Position numbers and translations under genes: made by a program. Under the pieces are notes generated by a model. It saw nothing but the letters and a program-made list of their open reading frames with translations, was not told the DNA's origin and did not search any database. A stretch of DNA of 64,000 nt from Nostoc sp. (lineage in GTDB: Bacteria; Cyanobacteriota; Cyanobacteriia; Cyanobacteriales; Nostocaceae): assembly GCA_036918135.1 (NCBI GenBank), contig JBALDB010000067.1:128001-192000 (forward strand), read 5' to 3'. This document shows, piece after piece, positions 50,305-60,882 of the stretch. Position 1 is the stretch's first letter; each line of letters begins with the position of its first letter.

Positions 50305-53300
50305 ATGAGCTTAAAAAATATTGAAGATGCTTATCCTTTATCTCCCATGCAACAGGGGATGCTATTCCACAGTATTTATGCTCCTAACTCTGGTGTTTAC
50401 GTCGAACAGATGTGGTTTGAGTTGCATGGAGCATTAAACGTTACTGCTTTTAGCCAAGCTTGGCAACAAGTAATAAAGCGTCATCCTGTGTTAAGAAGCG
50501 CTTGTGTGTGGGAAAACTTAGAAAAACCTCTTCAGGTTGTCTGTCGAGAAGTCAAATTCCCTTGGCAAGAGTTAGATTGGCGCGAAATACCTGCAACTGA
50601 GCAACAACAACACTTAGAAACCTTCTTGCAAGCAGACCGTCAACATGGTTTCTTACTTTCCCAAGCCCCACTGATGCGCTTCACACTAATTCGCTTGGCA
50701 GAGCAAGTTTATCATTTCTGTTGGAGCCATCACCATCTGTTACTTGACGGCTGGTCGGGGCCTAACGTCTATGAAGAAGTTATTGCTTACTACAAAGCTT
50801 TTTGCCAGGGCGAAAATCTTTACTTAGCTGTACCCCGTCCGTATCGAGATTACATTGCTTGGTTGCAACAACAGGATGTTTCTCAAGCCGAAGCTTTTTG
50901 GCGAAAGACACTTTCAGGTTTAACATCTCCCACTCAACTGGGAATTAGTTCAATTGGATACCAAAGCGAGCAACAAGAGGATTACAAGGAACAAGAATTG
51001 AAATTGTCTCCTACCACAACTGCTGCTCTTAATTCCTTCGTCAAACAGCATCAACTCACCCTTAATACCTTGGTGCAAGCAGCTTGGGCACTGCTACTGA
51101 GCCGTTACAGTGGTGAAGAAGATATAGTTTTTGGAGCTACAGTTTCTGGTCGTCCTCCTGCTTTAATAAATGCAGAATCTATGGTTGGGCTATTTATCAA
51201 CACTTTGCCAGTCAGGGTACAAGTAAATCCCAAGCAAGAATTGCTCCCTTGGCTGCAACAACTCTTCGCCCAACAAGTAGAGGCGGGTCAGTATGAGTAC
51301 GCGCCGTTAGTAGATATCCAAAAATGGAGCGAGATTCCTGCTAATCTGTCTTTATTTGACACTATTGTAGTATTTGAAAATTACCCTTTAGATGAAAGAT
51401 TGTCACAGCCGGATTTAAACGTCAAAATTAAAAATATACAAGTATTTGAAAAGACTAATTATCCGATAACTCTAAGTATTATTCCCAGCAGAGAGTTGTT
51501 ATTTAAAATAGCCTATCAACAGAGCGATCGCTTTGATGTTTTCAGCATCAACCAGATGTTAGGACACCTGCAAACCCTGCTGGAAGGCATGGTTGCTAAC
51601 CCGTACCAGCGCTTAGAACAATTATCGCTGTTAACCTCAGCAGAACAGCAGTTATTAGAAAAGTGGAATAACACGCAAACTGAATATCCCCAAGAAAAAA
51701 CCATCCACGAGTTGTTTGAAGCGCAAGTGGAAAGAACGCCGGACGCCGTAGCGGTGGTTTTTGAAGATGAACAGCTAACCTATAGCGAACTCAACGCCAG
51801 AGCCAACCAACTAGCACACTACCTACGCACTTTAGGTGTAAAACCAGAAGTATTGGTGGGAATATGTGTAGAGCGATCGCTTTGGATGGTAATTGGACTA
51901 TTAGCCATCCTCAAAGCAGGGGGTGCATACGTACCAATAGACCCCAGCTACCCTAAACAACGCTTAGCTTTTATGTTAGAAGACTCTCAACCAAGAGTCT
52001 TGTTAACACAACAGCAGCTAGTAGAAACTCTACCAACTCACGCAGCTAAATTAATTTGTATAGATAGTGACTGGGAACTCATCGCCCAATATAGTAAACA
52101 AAACCCAGTTTGCCATCTCACCTTAGATAACCTGGCTTACGTCATCTACACCTCCGGCTCTACAGGTAAACCCAAAGGTGCGATGAATAGTCACAGGGGA
52201 GTTTGCAATCGTCTACTGTGGATGCAAGACACTTACCAATTAACAGCAACCGACCGAGTTTTACAGAAGACACCATTTAGCTTCGATGTTTCAGTCTGGG
52301 AATTTTTCTGGACATTAATCACAGGCGCGCGTTTAGTAGTAGCGCAACCACAGGGACATCGAGACAGCAAATACTTAGTAAATATAATTAGACAACAACA
52401 AATATCTACCATCCATTTTGTGCCTTCGATGCTGCAAGTGTTTCTAGAAGCCGAAAATCTAGAAAATTGTCGGTCTCTGGTGCGAGTGATGGCTAGTGGT
52501 GAGGCCTTGCCAGCCCAACTACAACAACATTTTTTCCATCGACTCGATGCCCAACTGCACAATCTTTATGGGCCGACGGAAGCCGCAGTAGATGTTACCT
52601 TTTGGGCGTGCAGGCAGCACAGTCTCGAAGAGAATAACATCAGCCTGCAAAAGACAGTTGCTATTGGTCGCCCAATAGCTAACATCCAGATTTATTTGCT
52701 GGATGGGCATCTTAACTGTGTGCCTGTAGGTGTCACAGGCGAATTATATATTGGTGGTGTGGGAGTGGGTCGCGGCTATTTAAACCGCCCAGAATTGACT
52801 GCTGAGAAATTTATCCCCAACCCCTTTAGCCAACAACCAGGGCGTCTGTATAAAACTGGTGATTTAGCACGTTATTTAGCCAATGGAGAGATAGAGTACA
52901 TTGGTCGAATTGACCACCAAGTGAAAATTCGTGGTTTCCGTATCGAGTTGGGAGAAATTGAAGCATCTATTACTCAACACCCAGCAGTGCGCGAAACTGT
53001 AGTTGTAGCAGATGCTCAGCGAATAGTCGCTTATGTAGTCTTGCACGCCGAGCAAACACTGGCAATTTCTCAATTACGCAACTTCCTAGAGTCCAAGTTG
53101 CCAAGCTACATGCTGCCAGCAGCTTTCGTATTCCTAGAAGCACTACCCCTGACACCTAATGGTAAGATTGACCGTAAAGCACTACCCATAGTTGGTCTGA
53201 CACAGCTAATACCTGAGTCATATTTTGTACCTCCTTCCACACCAATTGAGGAGATGCTAGTTACTATTTGGGCTAAGGTTCTTGGTATTGAGAAGATTAG

Positions 53301-56300
53301 CATTCATGAAAATTTCTTTGAAGTAGGTGGACACTCTCTATTAGCAACGCGTCTAATTTCCCAGATTAGGCAGGTTTTTCAGATAGAGCTTCCTTTACGT
53401 TCTGTATTTGAAAAACCAACAATAGCTGAGCTGGCTAAAGAGATTGAAAAAGCCACCAAGATTAGCTTAGGAATTGATACACCAAACATTGAGCGAATTT
53501 CACGTTTGCAAGAGTTACCCCTATCCTTTGCTCAGCAACGGTTATGGTTCCTTGCTAATTTAAATCCAAACAGTTCTTTCTACAATATTCCTGCTGCTGT
53601 TCGGCTACAGGGGGAATTGAACCTCAAAGCACTACAACAAAGTTTCAATGAAATTCTTTGCCGTCACGAAGCCTTGCGAACCAACTTTCAAACAATCGAA
53701 GGGCAACCCATAGCAATCATTTCATCAGCGACACTAGTACCTTTGTCTATATTTGACATTAGTGAATTACCCGCAAATCAACGAGAAGTTCAAGTCAGAC
53801 AGCAAGCATTAGCAGAAGCACAACAACCTTTTGACTTGAAGAGCGACCTGCTGCTGCGGGTGAAACTACTACGACTAAGCGAACAAGAACATGTAGTGTT
53901 ATTTACAATGCACCACATTGTCTCTGACGGTTGGTCGATAGGTGTGCTAGTGCGTGAATTGGTAGCACTTTATCAAGCCTTCTGCGAGCAACAACCCTCT
54001 TTGCTAGCTCAACTACCTGTTCAGTATGTAGACTTTGCAGCTTGGCAACGACAATGGCTACAAAAAGAGGCGCTACAATCCCAGCTATCTTACTGGTTAA
54101 AGCAGTTACAAGGGGCACCAAAAGTACTGGAATTACCCACAGACTATCCACGTCCTCCTGTTCAGACCTTCCGGGGTGCGACCTATTCATTTGAGCTATC
54201 CGATAAATTATCGGTAGCCTTGAATAAATTCAGCCAGCAGCAAGGAGCCACTCTATTCATGACCTTGCTGGCAGCTTTCCAGACTTTATTATGGCGCTAC
54301 ACAAGCAGTGAAGATATTATGGTCGGTTCACCCATCGCTAACCGCAATCGGGCAGAAATCGAAGGGTTAATTGGATTTTTTGTCAATACTTTGGTACTGC
54401 GAACTAATTTTGCGGGTAATCCTACCTTTGAGGAGCTACTAGCTCGTGTTCGGGAAGTAGCATTAGGAGCCTATGTACATCAGGATTTGCCTTTTGAACT
54501 GTTGGTAGAAGAACTACAACCACAACGAGACTTGAGCCACGCACCATTATTTCAAGTGATGTTTGTGCTTCAGAATGCACCAATGTCAGATTTAAAATTA
54601 CCTGGTATAACTTTAAGTTCTCTAAAAATTGAAAGTGATAGTGCCAAATTTGATTTGACTTTAGAGATGGCAGAAACAGCGCAGGGACTATTTGCCACTC
54701 TGGAGTATAATACCGATTTATTTGAGGAAAGTACTATCAGCCGGATGGCAGGACATTTGCAGTCCTTGCTTGAAGGTATTGTTGCAAATGCCCAACGGCG
54801 GCTTTCGGAGTTACCACTGTTAACAGAACCGGAACAACACCAGTTATTAATGGAGTGGAATGATACTAACAGTGAGTATCCCCAACAAAAAACTATCCAC
54901 GAGTTATTTGAGGCGCAAGTAGAACGTACACCCGAAGCAATAGCAGTAGTATTTGAAGAAGAACAACTAACCTATGGCGAACTCAACGCCAGAGCCAACC
55001 AACTAGCCCACCATTTGCAAGCTTTAGGTGTAAAACCAGAAGTATTGGTGGGAATATGTGTAGAGCGATCGCTTTGGATGGCGATCGGCATCTTAGCCAT
55101 CCTCAAAGCAGGTGGCGCATATGTACCACTAGACCCTACCTATCCTCAACAACGTCTAGGCTTCATCCTAGAAGATGCTCAAATATCAGTATTACTAACA
55201 CAGCAGCACCTCAAACAGAATTTGCCCCAACATCAGGGCTTTATTGTTTGTCTAGATACTCAGTGGCAAACAATAACTCATCAAAGACAACAAAACCCAA
55301 TCAGTGAGTGTACGACTGAGAACTTGGCTTATATTATTTATACATCCGGTTCCACAGGTCAACCCAAAGGGGTGTTAGTTAATCACAGCAATGTTGTTCG
55401 TTTATTAGCAGCAACTCAATGTTGGTATCACTTTAATCAAGATGATGTATGGACATTATTCCACTCCATAGCCTTTGATTTCTCGGTTTGGGAACTTTGG
55501 GGTGCGTTGGTGTATGGTGGAAAGTTAGTAGTAGTACCATACTGGTTGAGTCGTTCACCACAAGAGTTCTACAAATTGTTGTTCACACAGCAAGTCACAA
55601 TACTCAACCAGACGCCTTCAGCTTTTTCACAACTGATACACGCAGAAGAATCGTTGGCAAATATTAGTAAATTAAGCTTACGAAAAGTGATTTTTGGTGG
55701 AGAAGCATTGCAACTTGAGAGTTTAAGACCTTGGTTTGAACGTCATGGCGACCAGTTTCCCCAGTTAATCAATATGTACGGAATTACAGAAACAACCGTG
55801 CATGTGACCTATCGTCCGCTAACGATGCTAGATTTACAACTAGGATCGGCAAGTGTGATTGGGCGTCCGATTGCTGACTTACAAGTTTACTTATTAGATG
55901 AATATCTACAGCCAGTACCGATTGGCGTACCAGGTGAAATCTATATTGGTGGTGCTGGTGTAGTACGGGGTTATTTAAATCGACCACAATTAACACCTGT
56001 TAAATTTATTCCCAATCCCTTTAGTAATAAACCAAATGCACGTCTTTATAAATCCGGTGATTTAGGTCGATATTTAGCCAATGGAGATATTGAATATTTA
56101 GGTCGTATTGACCAGCAAGTCAAAGTCCGTGGTTTCCGCATTGAGTTAGGAGAAATTGAGGCACTGATTAGCCAATACCCAGGAGTTAGAGAAACTGTGG
56201 TTGTGCCATCAGACACTCAAGGTTTAATCGCTTATTTAGTTCCACAAAAAGAGCAGACATTGGTAATTAATCAACTGCGAGGCTTCTTGGAGTCTAAGTT

Positions 56301-56769
56301 GCCAAGCTACATGCTCCCAGGAGCTTTTGTATTACTACAAGCACTGCCCCTGACACCTAATGGCAAGGTTGACCGTAAAGAGCTACCTACACCTAATACA
56401 GTACGTCCCGATTTGGAAGCAGCTTACCAACCACCCCAAACCGAGGTAGAAAAAACTATTGCTAATATTTGGCAAGAAATACTGAATGTTGAGAACATAG
56501 GAATTGATGATAACTTCTTTGAACTTGGTGGTCATTCATTGCTTTTAATTCAAGTTCATAACAAATTGCGTGGAATATTTAAGAGCGATTTATCTGTTCT
56601 CGATTTATTTAGATATCCGACTATCAGCTCTTTAGTAGATTATTTTCATCAAGTCAAAAATGGAAACCCATCTTTTGGTGCAACAGATATTGTCAGTGAA
56701 AAAATTGAAGCTGGTAAAGCTCAACAGAAAAAGCGTCTTCAAAAAATGAAATCTATTGAAAATATTTAA
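50305..56769 (+). CDS. Two-module NRPS C(DCL-like)-A(Ser)-PCP-C-A(Thr)-PCP
   Basis: A codes read by eye: DVWHMSLVDK (Ser-type) and DFWNIGMVHK (Thr); C motifs HHLLLDGWS and HHIVSDGWS; two GGHSL PCPs; no TE. Confidence 0.94.
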   Translation: MSLKNIEDAYPLSPMQQGMLFHSIYAPNSGVYVEQMWFELHGALNVTAFSQAWQQVIKRHPVLRSACVWENLEKPLQVVCREVKFPWQELDWREIPATEQQQHLETFLQADRQHGFLLSQAPLMRFTLIRLAEQVYHFCWSHHHLLLDGWSGPNVYEEVIAYYKAFCQGENLYLAVPRPYRDYIAWLQQQDVSQAEAFWRKTLSGLTSPTQLGISSIGYQSEQQEDYKEQELKLSPTTTAALNSFVKQHQLTLNTLVQAAWALLLSRYSGEEDIVFGATVSGRPPALINAESMVGLFINTLPVRVQVNPKQELLPWLQQLFAQQVEAGQYEYAPLVDIQKWSEIPANLSLFDTIVVFENYPLDERLSQPDLNVKIKNIQVFEKTNYPITLSIIPSRELLFKIAYQQSDRFDVFSINQMLGHLQTLLEGMVANPYQRLEQLSLLTSAEQQLLEKWNNTQTEYPQEKTIHELFEAQVERTPDAVAVVFEDEQLTYSELNARANQLAHYLRTLGVKPEVLVGICVERSLWMVIGLLAILKAGGAYVPIDPSYPKQRLAFMLEDSQPRVLLTQQQLVETLPTHAAKLICIDSDWELIAQYSKQNPVCHLTLDNLAYVIYTSGSTGKPKGAMNSHRGVCNRLLWMQDTYQLTATDRVLQKTPFSFDVSVWEFFWTLITGARLVVAQPQGHRDSKYLVNIIRQQQISTIHFVPSMLQVFLEAENLENCRSLVRVMASGEALPAQLQQHFFHRLDAQLHNLYGPTEAAVDVTFWACRQHSLEENNISLQKTVAIGRPIANIQIYLLDGHLNCVPVGVTGELYIGGVGVGRGYLNRPELTAEKFIPNPFSQQPGRLYKTGDLARYLANGEIEYIGRIDHQVKIRGFRIELGEIEASITQHPAVRETVVVADAQRIVAYVVLHAEQTLAISQLRNFLESKLPSYMLPAAFVFLEALPLTPNGKIDRKALPIVGLTQLIPESYFVPPSTPIEEMLVTIWAKVLGIEKISIHENFFEVGGHSLLATRLISQIRQVFQIELPLRSVFEKPTIAELAKEIEKATKISLGIDTPNIERISRLQELPLSFAQQRLWFLANLNPNSSFYNIPAAVRLQGELNLKALQQSFNEILCRHEALRTNFQTIEGQPIAIISSATLVPLSIFDISELPANQREVQVRQQALAEAQQPFDLKSDLLLRVKLLRLSEQEHVVLFTMHHIVSDGWSIGVLVRELVALYQAFCEQQPSLLAQLPVQYVDFAAWQRQWLQKEALQSQLSYWLKQLQGAPKVLELPTDYPRPPVQTFRGATYSFELSDKLSVALNKFSQQQGATLFMTLLAAFQTLLWRYTSSEDIMVGSPIANRNRAEIEGLIGFFVNTLVLRTNFAGNPTFEELLARVREVALGAYVHQDLPFELLVEELQPQRDLSHAPLFQVMFVLQNAPMSDLKLPGITLSSLKIESDSAKFDLTLEMAETAQGLFATLEYNTDLFEESTISRMAGHLQSLLEGIVANAQRRLSELPLLTEPEQHQLLMEWNDTNSEYPQQKTIHELFEAQVERTPEAIAVVFEEEQLTYGELNARANQLAHHLQALGVKPEVLVGICVERSLWMAIGILAILKAGGAYVPLDPTYPQQRLGFILEDAQISVLLTQQHLKQNLPQHQGFIVCLDTQWQTITHQRQQNPISECTTENLAYIIYTSGSTGQPKGVLVNHSNVVRLLAATQCWYHFNQDDVWTLFHSIAFDFSVWELWGALVYGGKLVVVPYWLSRSPQEFYKLLFTQQVTILNQTPSAFSQLIHAEESLANISKLSLRKVIFGGEALQLESLRPWFERHGDQFPQLINMYGITETTVHVTYRPLTMLDLQLGSASVIGRPIADLQVYLLDEYLQPVPIGVPGEIYIGGAGVVRGYLNRPQLTPVKFIPNPFSNKPNARLYKSGDLGRYLANGDIEYLGRIDQQVKVRGFRIELGEIEALISQYPGVRETVVVPSDTQGLIAYLVPQKEQTLVINQLRGFLESKLPSYMLPGAFVLLQALPLTPNGKVDRKELPTPNTVRPDLEAAYQPPQTEVEKTIANIWQEILNVENIGIDDNFFELGGHSLLLIQVHNKLRGIFKSDLSVLDLFRYPTISSLVDYFHQVKNGNPSFGATDIVSEKIEAGKAQQKKRLQKMKSIENI

Positions 56770-57130
56770 GGATGGATCGAATGAGCTAGTCAAAAGTAAC
56801 CAAAAACCTACCTAAGTAAATTGGTACAATAAAACCCTTTTCCCTCTTGCCCCCTGCCGACGCTCGCAGACTTGCTAACGCTGCGCTATCCTGCCTCCTG
56901 CCTCATGTCAACGATAAATTTTCCCACCCACCTACCTATACCTAAGCTATAATTATTACTTTTTTCTGGGAGTCATCTGCCAACAGAAAAATTTAATCCT
57001 GTAAAACTGTTGACAAAATACTCATCATCTGAAATTTTTACAAATGTATATTGACGAATAAATATAGCTAAACAATCGCGATATTCACAGATTGTTCTAG
57101 AATTCTTCAACTCCCTTTGTAAATAAAAGG

Positions 57131-57205
57131 TGATAATTACTTGTAATTAATTCTCGATTAGCTGTAAAATATTTTTTCGGCTTGATAGTAATTTATCTCA
57201 ATTAA
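57131..57205 (+). promoter_or_regulatory. Putative Fur-regulated promoter region of the TonB receptor
   Basis: tgataattac, taattaattctcgatta and tgatagtaatttatctcaatta resemble Fur-type sites; upstream of a siderophore-type receptor. Confidence 0.4.
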
Positions 57206-57276
57206 TAAGCAGCTATTTGCTGCATGATGGCATTATTCTTCAGTCAGATGATATTGACGGGTGTGTGGAGTAGTAA

Positions 57277-59907
57277 ATGAAGCCAAAGCTGTTACCAAAA
57301 ATTTTCTTAGTAGTGAGTTCTATTTCGTTTTGGGGTGCAATGAGCGCTACTGCTCAAGAAATACCCAAGCAAGAGGTAGAAAGAAAGTCTGTTGCATCGG
57401 TAGTTCACAATTCCAAGTTAATCAAACAGATTCGCCAATTCTCTGAGATAGAGCATCCCAAGACAAACGCCCAAATGTTAGTGCAGTCGCCAGCACCCTC
57501 ATCAGAAATTGTGCAGGTTACAGGAGTTAAAGCTACTCCCACCGACAAAGGTGTGGAAGTGATTTTACAGACTTCCAAAAGCGCGCAACTGCGAATCACA
57601 AATCGCAGTACTGGGAATAACTTTATTGCTGATATACCTAACTCACAACTACGTCTACCTAATGGTGATGCTTTTACATTTCGTTCAGAAAAACCGCTTG
57701 CAGAAATTACTGAGATAACAGTTAGAAATCTTGATGCAAATACTATCCGGGTGACAGTGATAGGTAACACAGCACTGCCAACGGTTGAGTTATTTGATGA
57801 TGATACAGGTTTGGTTTTTGGGGTAGTATCTGCTGCAACTGCGACACAGCCACCAAACCAGCCGACGACTGAGACGAAGCCAGAGGAACCTACAGCACAG
57901 CAGGATCAACCGATTGAGTTGGTAGTGACGGGCGAGCAAGACGGCTATAACGTACCTGATGCCAGTGTGGGCACCCGAACCGACACACCTTTGCGCGATA
58001 TTCCCCAATCGATTCAGGTAGTACCGCAACAGGTGATTAAAGACCAGCAAGCAACTCGCCTCACAGAAGTGTTAAAAAATGTGCCGGGTGTTGTAGTAGG
58101 AGGTCGAAGCCCTCGCGATCCTCTCAATATCTATACTATTCGCGGCTTTAGTGCTTTTTCAGATACTCTACTCAATGGGGTACAAGACCGTTCAATCGGG
58201 AGTGTCGGGTTTGGCTCTAATGCAAATGTTGAGCGGGTTGAAGTGCTTAAAGGACCCGCTTCGGTTCTATTCGGTCAAGGCGGACTCGGCGGCGTAGTCA
58301 ATATAGTAACCAAGCAACCATTGCGCGATCCGTTCTACTCCGTGGAAGCCTCTGCTGGCAACTACAATGCCTATAACGGTGCAATTGATTTATCTGGGCC
58401 GTTGAATGACAGTAAAACGGTGTTGTATCGCCTAAATGCTTCTGCTGGAACAACCGAAAGCTTTATTGATTTCTACAATCAACAGGAATATCTAATTGCA
58501 CCTAGTATAAGCTGGCAAATTAGTGACAGAACAAAGCTGACCCTAGAAGCAAGCTATTCTCTTGCACAAGGGCCCTATGATTTTGGAATACCAGCACAGG
58601 GAAGTATACTGCCTAACCCCAATGGCGAAATTCCTCGTAATCGTTTTCTGAGTGAACCTGGTTTCAATAACGCGGCTAATGGTGCATTTCGGATTGGTTA
58701 TAACTTTGAACATCGCTTTAGCGAGAACTGGCAAGCACGGAGCGTTTTTCAGACTTCTTTGTTTCACCTGAGACGAAATATTGTGTTTCCTTTTGGATTA
58801 GAAGATGATTTGCGTACTGTAGGTAGAGGGATTGAGGATTTTGACTACGATGAAAATGCTTATAATCTTGACAATTATGTGGTCGCTAAGTTGACAACAG
58901 GTAGTATCAAGCATCAGCTAGTTGCTGGATTTAACTTGAGTAGAACTGACACTAATACTAACGATATCTACAGTGACACTACTCCTCTGGATATTTTTAA
59001 TCCTGTGTATGGAAATATTACAGAAAATTTTCTTCCAGATTATAATTACCAAAGTAGGCAGCAACAATTAGGTTTTTACATTCAAGACCAAATCACCCTA
59101 GCAGAAAACTTAAAAGTACTTTTGGGTGGGCGCTATGACATTGCCAATTCAAAGTTTAGAGATTTATTCAATCAAACAAGCGACTTTAGCCAAGCAGAAG
59201 CTTTTAGCCCCCGTGTTGGAATTGTTTACCAGCCCATTCAACCGCTCTCACTCTACGCCAGCTATAGCCGTTCATTCAATTCGGGATCGTCTGCATTTGG
59301 TGTAGGTACACCACAACCAGAGCGAGGAACGCAGTATGAAATCGGGGTTAAAGCAGATTTGAGTAACCGATTAGCTGCAACCTTGGCATTTTATGATTTG
59401 ACTCGCACAAATCTACCAACCTCAGATCCAAACGATCCTCGATTAACAATTCTAGTTGGGGAACAGCGCAGTCGTGGGATTGAATTTGATGTTTCTGGCG
59501 AAATCTTACCGGGGTGGAACATCATTGCTGGCTATGCCTACACTGATGCAGTAATTACGGAAGATAACGACTTACCAGTAGGTAATCAACTGAATAATGT
59601 GCCAAAACATGCGCTCAACCTCTGGACAACTTACGAAATTCAATCTGGCAGTTTAAAAGGATTAGGTTTCGGTCTAGGAGCCTTTTTCTACGGAGACAGG
59701 AAAGCCGACTTAGTAGATAACACGGTTGAGTTACCTAGTTATATACGCACAGATGCAGCTATTTATTATAAGCGAGACAATTACCAGGCTGCGATCAATA
59801 TCAGGAATTTATTTGACAGTGATTATTTTGTCTCTGCACAAAACCTGAATCGGATTATACCTGGCGATCCCCTGACAATTCAGGGTACAATTACCTGGCA
59901 GTTTTGA
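57277..59907 (+). CDS. TonB-dependent siderophore-type receptor with N-terminal AMIN domain
   Basis: Signal peptide, AMIN-like VQVTGVKATPTDKGVEVIL, IELVVTG, RDIPQSIQVV, ERVEVLKGPASVLFG, C-terminal WQF. Confidence 0.93.
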   Translation: MKPKLLPKIFLVVSSISFWGAMSATAQEIPKQEVERKSVASVVHNSKLIKQIRQFSEIEHPKTNAQMLVQSPAPSSEIVQVTGVKATPTDKGVEVILQTSKSAQLRITNRSTGNNFIADIPNSQLRLPNGDAFTFRSEKPLAEITEITVRNLDANTIRVTVIGNTALPTVELFDDDTGLVFGVVSAATATQPPNQPTTETKPEEPTAQQDQPIELVVTGEQDGYNVPDASVGTRTDTPLRDIPQSIQVVPQQVIKDQQATRLTEVLKNVPGVVVGGRSPRDPLNIYTIRGFSAFSDTLLNGVQDRSIGSVGFGSNANVERVEVLKGPASVLFGQGGLGGVVNIVTKQPLRDPFYSVEASAGNYNAYNGAIDLSGPLNDSKTVLYRLNASAGTTESFIDFYNQQEYLIAPSISWQISDRTKLTLEASYSLAQGPYDFGIPAQGSILPNPNGEIPRNRFLSEPGFNNAANGAFRIGYNFEHRFSENWQARSVFQTSLFHLRRNIVFPFGLEDDLRTVGRGIEDFDYDENAYNLDNYVVAKLTTGSIKHQLVAGFNLSRTDTNTNDIYSDTTPLDIFNPVYGNITENFLPDYNYQSRQQQLGFYIQDQITLAENLKVLLGGRYDIANSKFRDLFNQTSDFSQAEAFSPRVGIVYQPIQPLSLYASYSRSFNSGSSAFGVGTPQPERGTQYEIGVKADLSNRLAATLAFYDLTRTNLPTSDPNDPRLTILVGEQRSRGIEFDVSGEILPGWNIIAGYAYTDAVITEDNDLPVGNQLNNVPKHALNLWTTYEIQSGSLKGLGFGLGAFFYGDRKADLVDNTVELPSYIRTDAAIYYKRDNYQAAINIRNLFDSDYFVSAQNLNRIIPGDPLTIQGTITWQF

Positions 59908-59925
59908 GCAAACCCTCTAGACATC

Positions 59926-59956
59926 CTACGCTTCTATTTATCACGATGAAGCGTAG
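59926..59956 (+). terminator. Hairpin downstream of the receptor gene
   Basis: ctacgcttc / gaagcgtag 9-bp stem. Confidence 0.35.
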
Positions 59957-60193
59957 CGCCTTCACTTTAATTGAGTAACGCCAAAACTTTTTTAGGCGAT
60001 CGCGTCTTACTCTTAAGAGGTCATTTGCACGCAATATATACGATTCGTCTTTGAACCTAAAATGAGAATAGATACTATTACTTGGAAATGGCCCGTTTTA
60101 TATCTAAATATCATAGTAAATAGCTTCTGATAAGTAACACTGATAAGTCTCAAACTTTTGATACTTAATCACGATATTTTATCTGTTGCTAAT

Positions 60194-60212
60194 GCTAATA
60201 ATTATCGTTATG
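60194..60212. promoter_or_regulatory. Fur-box-like site upstream of the second PKS
   Basis: gctaataattatcgttatg matches GATAATGATAATCATTATC at 14/19. Confidence 0.4.
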
Positions 60213-60723
60213 ATGATTTAGGCTAATTAAAAAAGTTGCAATCAAAACGATAAAATTAGCTTAAGAAATCATTAGTAATTAGTATTTAGGTAGTCTCAAT
60301 AGTTGGTTAAACTAATTATTGTCTTTAGTTCAGTGAACTAATCAATAGTAACCTGACTTTTATCGTCTATACTGCTGGTTAAAGAGGCAAATCTAAAGAC
60401 GTGTAAATTACTGTCCTATGGAAACATTGAGTAGCACGAGAAACGGTAGTTGCTATTTGTTCTTGAAAACAGATTCTCGAAAGTTTAGTAATCTATTTAG
60501 TTCTTCAAAAAAAGCAAATACTGACAATTTTGCTACTACGCATCATTGGAAAGTCAAAGCTACCAATCTATTAAATATCTGACTACATTAATCCTGTCAG
60601 AGTTGTAATTAATAAACCGCCTTCTCTACGAGACATTATGCGAATAGGCAACAAACGTATCAGAAGATGCCAATAAAATAAATAGAAGCTTTCATATTTT
60701 ATTTATGATTAGTGTAGAGGCTA

Positions 60724-60882
60724 TTTAGCTAATTTTTTAATCAAGTCAAAAATCAAAAAACCATCCTTTTGTGTAATAAATATTGTCAACTAAAAAAGAT
60801 AAGCTGATAAATATCAAAAATAAACCATCCTCCAAAAATTAAATATTTTAAAAAGATTTAAGGATTAAGCGAACTTATGAGT
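60724..60882 (+). repeat. Degenerate direct-repeat copy of the NRPS 3' end/junction at 56631-56786
   Basis: Colinear shared blocks atcaagtcaaaaat, ccatc.ttt.gtg, atattgtca, aagctg.taaa, atttaaggat, atgag. Confidence 0.75.
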
